Shown piece by piece: positions 59,155 to 64,000 of a stretch of 64,000 nt of DNA. How positions within the stretch are numbered: position 1 is the stretch's first letter; every line of letters starts with the position of its first letter. The notes beneath the pieces were generated by a model. The model saw only the letters and a program-made list of their open reading frames with translations. It made no database searches and was not told the origin of the DNA. The stretch comes from Candidatus Caldarchaeum sp. (GTDB taxonomy: Archaea > Thermoproteota > Nitrososphaeria_A > Caldarchaeales > Caldarchaeaceae), in assembly GCA_038831915.1 (NCBI GenBank), contig JAWBKB010000001.1, positions 96,001 to 160,000 on the forward strand. The letters run 5' to 3'. The position numbers and the translations under genes were made by a program.

Positions 59155-59979
59155 TTGGTGAAAGTAGCGTTTCAGGGCGAAAAAGGAGCATATAGCGAGG
59201 AGGCCGTTTTTTCATACTTTGGCGAAAACGCTGAAACGGTTCCCTGCAAAACGATTCGCGAAGTTTTCAAAAACGTGGAGGCCAAAGTGGTTGACCACGG
59301 AGTCGTACCCGTCGAGAACAGCATCGAAGGAAGCGTCTTCGAAACATACGACATGTTTCTCAGCTCAAGCGTAAAAACAACAGGAGAAATTATTCTACGC
59401 ATAAAACACTGCTTGATCGCTCTGCCCGAAACATCTATCGATGACATCCAAATTGTTTATTCGCATCCGCAAGCCCTGGCCCAGTGCCGCGGTTATCTTA
59501 CTTCCTTAGGGGTCGCGGTTGATTTGACATACGACACCGCTGGCAGCGTCAAGATGATCAAAGAGAAAGGTTTGAAACATGCGGCTGCGGTGGCGAGTGA
59601 AAGGGCTGCGGCCATTTACGGAATGAAAGTTTTGGCGAAGGGCATCGAGGACTACGGACACAACTACACGCGTTTCCTCGTCATATCGTGGAAAGAAACA
59701 TCTCCTCATCCGAACAGTAAAACATCCATCATCTTCTCGACAGCTCACAAACCTGGTGCACTCTACAACGCCTTAGGCGCATTCGCCCGGAACGGAATAA
59801 ACCTCACAAAAATCGAGTCAAGACCCACACGACAAAGACCATGGGAATACTATTTCTTCGTAGACTTTGAAGGCCATCTCGAAGAAGATAAGGTGAAAAC
59901 AGCTTTGACCGAGCTTGCTTCTCAGACAACTTTCGTAAAGATTCTCGGCTCATATCCAAAGGCAGTTACAGAATTTTAG
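59155..59979 (+). CDS. pheA: Prephenate dehydratase
   Basis: QG..GAYSE, PVENS.EG, SHPQAL.QC, NYTRF, LTKIESRP (ACT domain). Confidence 0.95.
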   Translation: MVKVAFQGEKGAYSEEAVFSYFGENAETVPCKTIREVFKNVEAKVVDHGVVPVENSIEGSVFETYDMFLSSSVKTTGEIILRIKHCLIALPETSIDDIQIVYSHPQALAQCRGYLTSLGVAVDLTYDTAGSVKMIKEKGLKHAAAVASERAAAIYGMKVLAKGIEDYGHNYTRFLVISWKETSPHPNSKTSIIFSTAHKPGALYNALGAFARNGINLTKIESRPTRQRPWEYYFFVDFEGHLEEDKVKTALTELASQTTFVKILGSYPKAVTEF

Positions 59980-60863
59980 GGTGCAGTCATTCGATGGTTT
60001 GAAATGTTTTCCAAAACTTCTATCAAGGCCTGCGTTCCATCTTCCCCGTGATTCATTCCGTCCAAGGCCTTGACCAGTTCGGCTACGAGGCTCACACCCG
60101 GTAGAGAAACACCGAATTTCTCAGCGGTTTCTCGCACAATTCGCAGGTCTTTGCGAAGATGCTTAACCTTGAAGCCGGGCTTGTAGTCGCGTTCAATCAT
60201 CCGGGGCCCGAGGTTGCTTAGCTGCCACGACCCCCCAGCCCCTGTAGAAACAACCTGAATCAGCTTCCGCAAATCCAAGCCCGCCTTCGACCCGAGTATC
60301 AGCATTTCGCATACACCTAGAAGATTGAGCGAAACCGCGACTTGGTTGCAGAGCTTGGCAAAGCTTCCGGCACCCGATTCACCCATGTAGAAAATGTTGC
60401 TACCCATCGCCTCTAACACTGGTTTGGCCTTCATGAATGCTTCAAAACGGCCGCCCACCATGATCGTTAAAGTTCTCTGCTCGGCAGCCATCGTGCTACC
60501 AGACACTGGAGCGTCAAGGAAGTAGCCCCCCGCAGACTCGACGTATGAGGCCATCTCCCTTGAAAAGTGAGGAGAAACAGTCGACATGTCCACCACGATT
60601 GTTCCCTGTTTAAGCGACGACAGTACACCTTTTTCACCCGTGAGAACTTGCCTAACCTCCGGCTCGTCAGGCAGCATGGTGACCAAAATTTCAGACTCTT
60701 CAGCCACCTCAGCCGGCGAATTATACGGTCTAGCTCCTAGGCTCGTGAGCTGCTCCACAGGCCCTGGACTTCTACTGTGAACCGCGAGCGAAAATCCTTT
60801 TCGAAGCAGATTTGTCGCCATCGGCTTGCCCATCAACCCCAACCCGATAAAACCAACCTTCAC
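59976..60863 (-). CDS. NAD-dependent beta-hydroxyacid dehydrogenase (3-hydroxyisobutyrate/tartronate semialdehyde reductase family)
   Basis: GFIGLGLMG, DAPVSG, KLCNQ, KDL. Confidence 0.9.
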   Translation of the reverse strand: MKVGFIGLGLMGKPMATNLLRKGFSLAVHSRSPGPVEQLTSLGARPYNSPAEVAEESEILVTMLPDEPEVRQVLTGEKGVLSSLKQGTIVVDMSTVSPHFSREMASYVESAGGYFLDAPVSGSTMAAEQRTLTIMVGGRFEAFMKAKPVLEAMGSNIFYMGESGAGSFAKLCNQVAVSLNLLGVCEMLILGSKAGLDLRKLIQVVSTGAGGSWQLSNLGPRMIERDYKPGFKVKHLRKDLRIVRETAEKFGVSLPGVSLVAELVKALDGMNHGEDGTQALIEVLENISNHRMTAP

Positions 60864-60958
60864 AGAGGTTAACCAGCAGAGACAAGCTTTAAACAATTAA
60901 CAATGTTGTAGGTTTTTTACTTGGCATAGTTTGTCAAATTTAGGCGAAGAAGCAAATA

Positions 60959-61654
60959 ATGACGTCTAACCGTCGAGGCCAAATACCGATTGCCGTAAAG
61001 GTTGAGGATTTAGCGAGCCTGGTGCGACTAGTCGCATCCCGAGGAGACTACTTCCCCCCTCTGCTCTATTTCGAAAACAACTCGGTTCCAACAATTTCGC
61101 ACCTGTATTCGATTCCTTTGCAAAGAGGAAACCTTCCCATATTGTTCTACGCGGCTTTAACGGAGAAACCGAAAAAATTCGTCGTCTACACCCCATTAGA
61201 AAGAGAAGAAACGAAGTTTTCCGACATTCCTGAAACAGGTAGATATGTTTCCTACCCTGTGATTGAAGCTGAGCCGCCTCCCGAACTTTTTGTTCGTGCT
61301 TTGAATGAGCAGCCTCGGCGAAAACTGTCAGGGTTTGAGAAAGTCCATGTAAAAGACGTCGGCTCCTTGATGCGAATCGTATCGGCGATGTCGGATGATG
61401 CCTTCAGCCCGCCGGTCTGGTGTTACCAGGGGAAAACAGGCCGAAACCTAGCCGTGCTATACCCCATCTATGAATATTATGACTCAGCTGTCCTGCCACT
61501 CCTTTACTACACGACGGTTGAAAGGAAGCCGACAGCTCCGTTCATCGCATATTCTGCCAGCGAAAACAGCATCAAGTACGGCTATTCAATTTCCGACGCC
61601 CGCTACGTCTATGGCAGGATAATTTTCATCGAAAAATTTCCGCTCGACGTCTAA
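60959..61654 (+). CDS. Hypothetical protein built from two homologous domains
   Basis: Internal repeat: VEDLASLVRLV...PP..LYSI..LPILFY versus VKDVGSLMRIV...PP..LYPI..LPLLYY. Confidence 0.65.
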   Translation: MTSNRRGQIPIAVKVEDLASLVRLVASRGDYFPPLLYFENNSVPTISHLYSIPLQRGNLPILFYAALTEKPKKFVVYTPLEREETKFSDIPETGRYVSYPVIEAEPPPELFVRALNEQPRRKLSGFEKVHVKDVGSLMRIVSAMSDDAFSPPVWCYQGKTGRNLAVLYPIYEYYDSAVLPLLYYTTVERKPTAPFIAYSASENSIKYGYSISDARYVYGRIIFIEKFPLDV

Positions 61655-61794
61655 GTTCTCCAAAGCTCTTTCCGTAACAGGTCTCTTACCGCGGTTCGCA
61701 TCAACGCACTCCGGCTCGGATAGACACCTTTTTTGATAAGTTCATCCATTCCATCAATCAGAGCTTCAGGCATTTTAACAGATATCAGCTTCAT
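61651..61794 (-). CDS. Ribbon-helix-helix regulator (CdrS/CopG-like)
   Basis: MKLISVKMPE.LI..MDELI..G.YPSRS..MR.AVRDLL. Confidence 0.85.
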   Translation of the reverse strand: MKLISVKMPEALIDGMDELIKKGVYPSRSALMRTAVRDLLRKELWRT

Positions 61795-61904
61795 GCCGAT
61801 GGCCGTATTACCGAGGCTCGTATATAATTTTGACGTCGCCTTTATGCAACGAAGGAAAAATCTATAAAAAACCATTCATGGCAGTAAGCTAGGTGTGATG
61901 TAGT

Positions 61905-63563
61905 ATGGCAGCAACTGTAGGTACTGCTACTCAGCCTGTTATCATTCTGAAAGAAGGCGCGAAAAGGATGCGAGGCCGCGAGGTTCAGAGCGCCAACATC
62001 ATGGTGGCGAAGATTATCGCCGAAACCATGAAGTCCTCTCTGGGCCCGCGGGGCATGGACAAAATGCTCGTGGACAGCTTCGGAGACATCGTCATCACAA
62101 ACGACGGAGCCACCATTCTCAAGGAGATGGATGTTGAACATCCAGTTGCTAAGATGCTTGTAGAAGTCTCGAAGGCGCAGGATGAAGAGGTCGGTGACGG
62201 AACAACTTCCACAGTGGTCCTCGCCGGCGAACTACTGGCCAAAGCCGAAGAACTCATCGAAAAGGAGGTTCATCCAACCGTAATCATCGAAGGATATCGG
62301 AAAGCCGCTGTAAAAGCCCTCGAAATTCTCGACGAAATTGGGATAAAAGTAGACCCCACCGACAAAAAGATTCTCAAAATCGTGGCAAAGACGTCGATGG
62401 TAAGCAAACTCGTAGGCGAAGAAGCCGATTACCTGGCCGACCTCGTGGTAGACGCAGTAACGAGAATCGCTGAAAAAGTTGGAGACAAATGGGTGGTTGA
62501 CCTCGACGACATCAAGCTCGAGAAGAAGGAAGGTCAGTCAATTCGGGACACAAAATTGGTTGAAGGCGTGGTTTTGGACAAGGAAGTCGTTCATCCAGAC
62601 ATGCCGAAGCTCGTGAGGAACGCGAAAATAGCTCTTCTCGACGCTGCTCTCGAGATCGAGAAGACGGAGTTCGACGCCAAACTTAACATCGAAACACCTG
62701 AACAGATGCGAGCGTTCATGAAGCAGGAAGAGGACATGCTCCGCCAGATGGTCGAGAAAATCGCAACGACTGGAGCAAATGTCGTCCTTTGCCAGAAAGG
62801 CATCGACGACCTAGCACAGTACTTCTTAGCTAAGAAGGGAATCATGGCCGTTAGGCGAATCAAGAAGAGCGACATGGACAAACTCGCTAAAGCAACAAAA
62901 GGCCGCGTCATATCAAGAATCGACGACCTGACCCCGGAAGATCTGGGCAAGGCGGCTCTCGTCGAGGAAAGAAGAGTCGGTGAGGACAAAATGGTTTTCG
63001 TCGAAGGATGTGAAAATCCGAAATCTTTGACTATTCTGATTAGAGGCGGAACTCAGAGAATTGTGGATGAGGCGGAACGTTCGTTGAAGGACGCGATAAA
63101 CGTTGTCAAAGACGTGATTGTTGAAGGCAAGGTCATCGCCGGCGGCGGAGCTGGGGAAATTGAAGTAGCTCTCCGGCTGCGCGACTACGCGAAAACACTG
63201 CCCGGTAAGGAGCAGCTCGCAGTCAACAAGTTCGCCGAAGCGTTGGAGGTTATTCCTTCACAGCTCGCCGAAAGCTCAGGCATGGACCCGATAGAGGCCA
63301 TCGTCAACCTGACGTCTAAACACAAAGAAGGATTGCTGAACTATGGCATTAACGTCTTCAAATCCGAGCTCGCTGACATGAAGGAGCTGAACGTCCTCGA
63401 CCCGTTGCTCGTCAAGAAACAGACAATCAAGTCTGCTATCGAGGCGGCGGCCATGGTGTTGAAAATCGACGACATCATAGCTGCGTCAAGGCTCGAAACA
63501 CCGGGAGCCGGTAAGAAAGGAGAAACAAAGGAAGAAGGCGGAGTTGGCGAGTCAGAGGACTGA
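61905..63563 (+). CDS. ths: Thermosome (group II chaperonin) subunit
   Basis: [34 protein letters not shown]. Confidence 0.97.
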   Translation: MAATVGTATQPVIILKEGAKRMRGREVQSANIMVAKIIAETMKSSLGPRGMDKMLVDSFGDIVITNDGATILKEMDVEHPVAKMLVEVSKAQDEEVGDGTTSTVVLAGELLAKAEELIEKEVHPTVIIEGYRKAAVKALEILDEIGIKVDPTDKKILKIVAKTSMVSKLVGEEADYLADLVVDAVTRIAEKVGDKWVVDLDDIKLEKKEGQSIRDTKLVEGVVLDKEVVHPDMPKLVRNAKIALLDAALEIEKTEFDAKLNIETPEQMRAFMKQEEDMLRQMVEKIATTGANVVLCQKGIDDLAQYFLAKKGIMAVRRIKKSDMDKLAKATKGRVISRIDDLTPEDLGKAALVEERRVGEDKMVFVEGCENPKSLTILIRGGTQRIVDEAERSLKDAINVVKDVIVEGKVIAGGGAGEIEVALRLRDYAKTLPGKEQLAVNKFAEALEVIPSQLAESSGMDPIEAIVNLTSKHKEGLLNYGINVFKSELADMKELNVLDPLLVKKQTIKSAIEAAAMVLKIDDIIAASRLETPGAGKKGETKEEGGVGESED

Positions 63564-63804
63564 GGCCAAAACGGCCCCGCTCCGCCTCACAAAATATGAG
63601 AAAGCGAGAATAATAGGGGGCCGGGCTCTTCAGCTTTCTCTTGGCGCGTTTCCCCTAGTCGAAGTAAGGCCAAACGAGTCGAACATCGACATTGCCATAC
63701 GAGAGTTTGAAAGAGGAGTATTGCCAATTATCATTCGGAGGAAGAGGTCTGACGGAAGTTACGTGGACATTCCGTTGAAAGAGTTGCTGAAACATGGCGA
63801 TTGA
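63544..63804 (+). CDS. rpoK: DNA-directed RNA polymerase subunit K (Rpo6)
   Basis: [20 protein letters not shown]...G.LP..IRR. Confidence 0.95.
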   Translation: MASQRTEAKTAPLRLTKYEKARIIGGRALQLSLGAFPLVEVRPNESNIDIAIREFERGVLPIIIRRKRSDGSYVDIPLKELLKHGD

Positions 63805-63997
63805 AGAAAGCGAGGAAGTGAAAGGTTGGCGTAACGCGTTTCTGCTCCTTTTCTTGGTTGCGGCTACTTTTTTCCTGCTCGAACGAATTGTCGGATTTCA
63901 ACTAACTTTCACTTTTCTCTTTTTCTCCGTCTATTTGCCTCTCGTTTTCACCGGAGCGGTCTACTTGCTACATGTTTTGAGGAGGTTACGCCGGTAA
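63794..63997 (+). CDS. Small two-TM membrane protein
   Basis: Hydrophobic 67-aa ORF overlapping the rpoK stop. Confidence 0.5.
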   Translation: MAIEESEEVKGWRNAFLLLFLVAATFFLLERIVGFQLTFTFLFFSVYLPLVFTGAVYLLHVLRRLRR

Positions 63998-64000
63998 TAG

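Noticed and set aside
1-64000. CRISPR arrays, rRNA, IS elements, and the many antisense ORFs in the track
   Set aside because: No regularly spaced repeats, rRNA signatures or transposase motifs were seen by eye; antisense ORFs lie opposite well-supported genes

Overview
Gene-dense, core-like archaeal chromosomal segment. Archaeal identity is supported by DGGGP synthase, FBP aldolase/phosphatase, Alba, thermosome, Rpo6/K, aIF-1A, an EndA subunit, an archaeal SRP RNA and F420 enzymes. The gene mix best fits a TACK archaeon, probably Caldarchaeum/Aigarchaeota-like (inference). The window holds about 70 CDS, tRNA-Leu(CAG), tRNA-Asn(GTT) and the SRP (7S) RNA. I saw no CRISPR array, rRNA, integrase or transposase. 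Items not visible in the ORF track: a 58-aa face-to-face-type histone (14051-14227), a probable CTG-initiated MoxR, an ASCH gene with an in-frame TGA, and a decayed locus (about 24.1-26.2 kb) where a TackOD1-like membrane gene and a type IV pilin-like operon appear joined by a deletion. Best candidates for undescribed systems: (i) a Zn-ribbon Rab/Ras-like GTPase with degenerate switch motifs, coupled to a TackOD1 plus nuclease-fold protein; (ii) glnA translationally coupled to stand-alone Lrp/AsnC ligand-binding (RAM) proteins; (iii) a HAD phosphatase fused to the PINA ATPase; (iv) a 7-gene MoxR/DUF58 membrane and surface operon. All family calls come from motif recognition by eye; no database searches were run.
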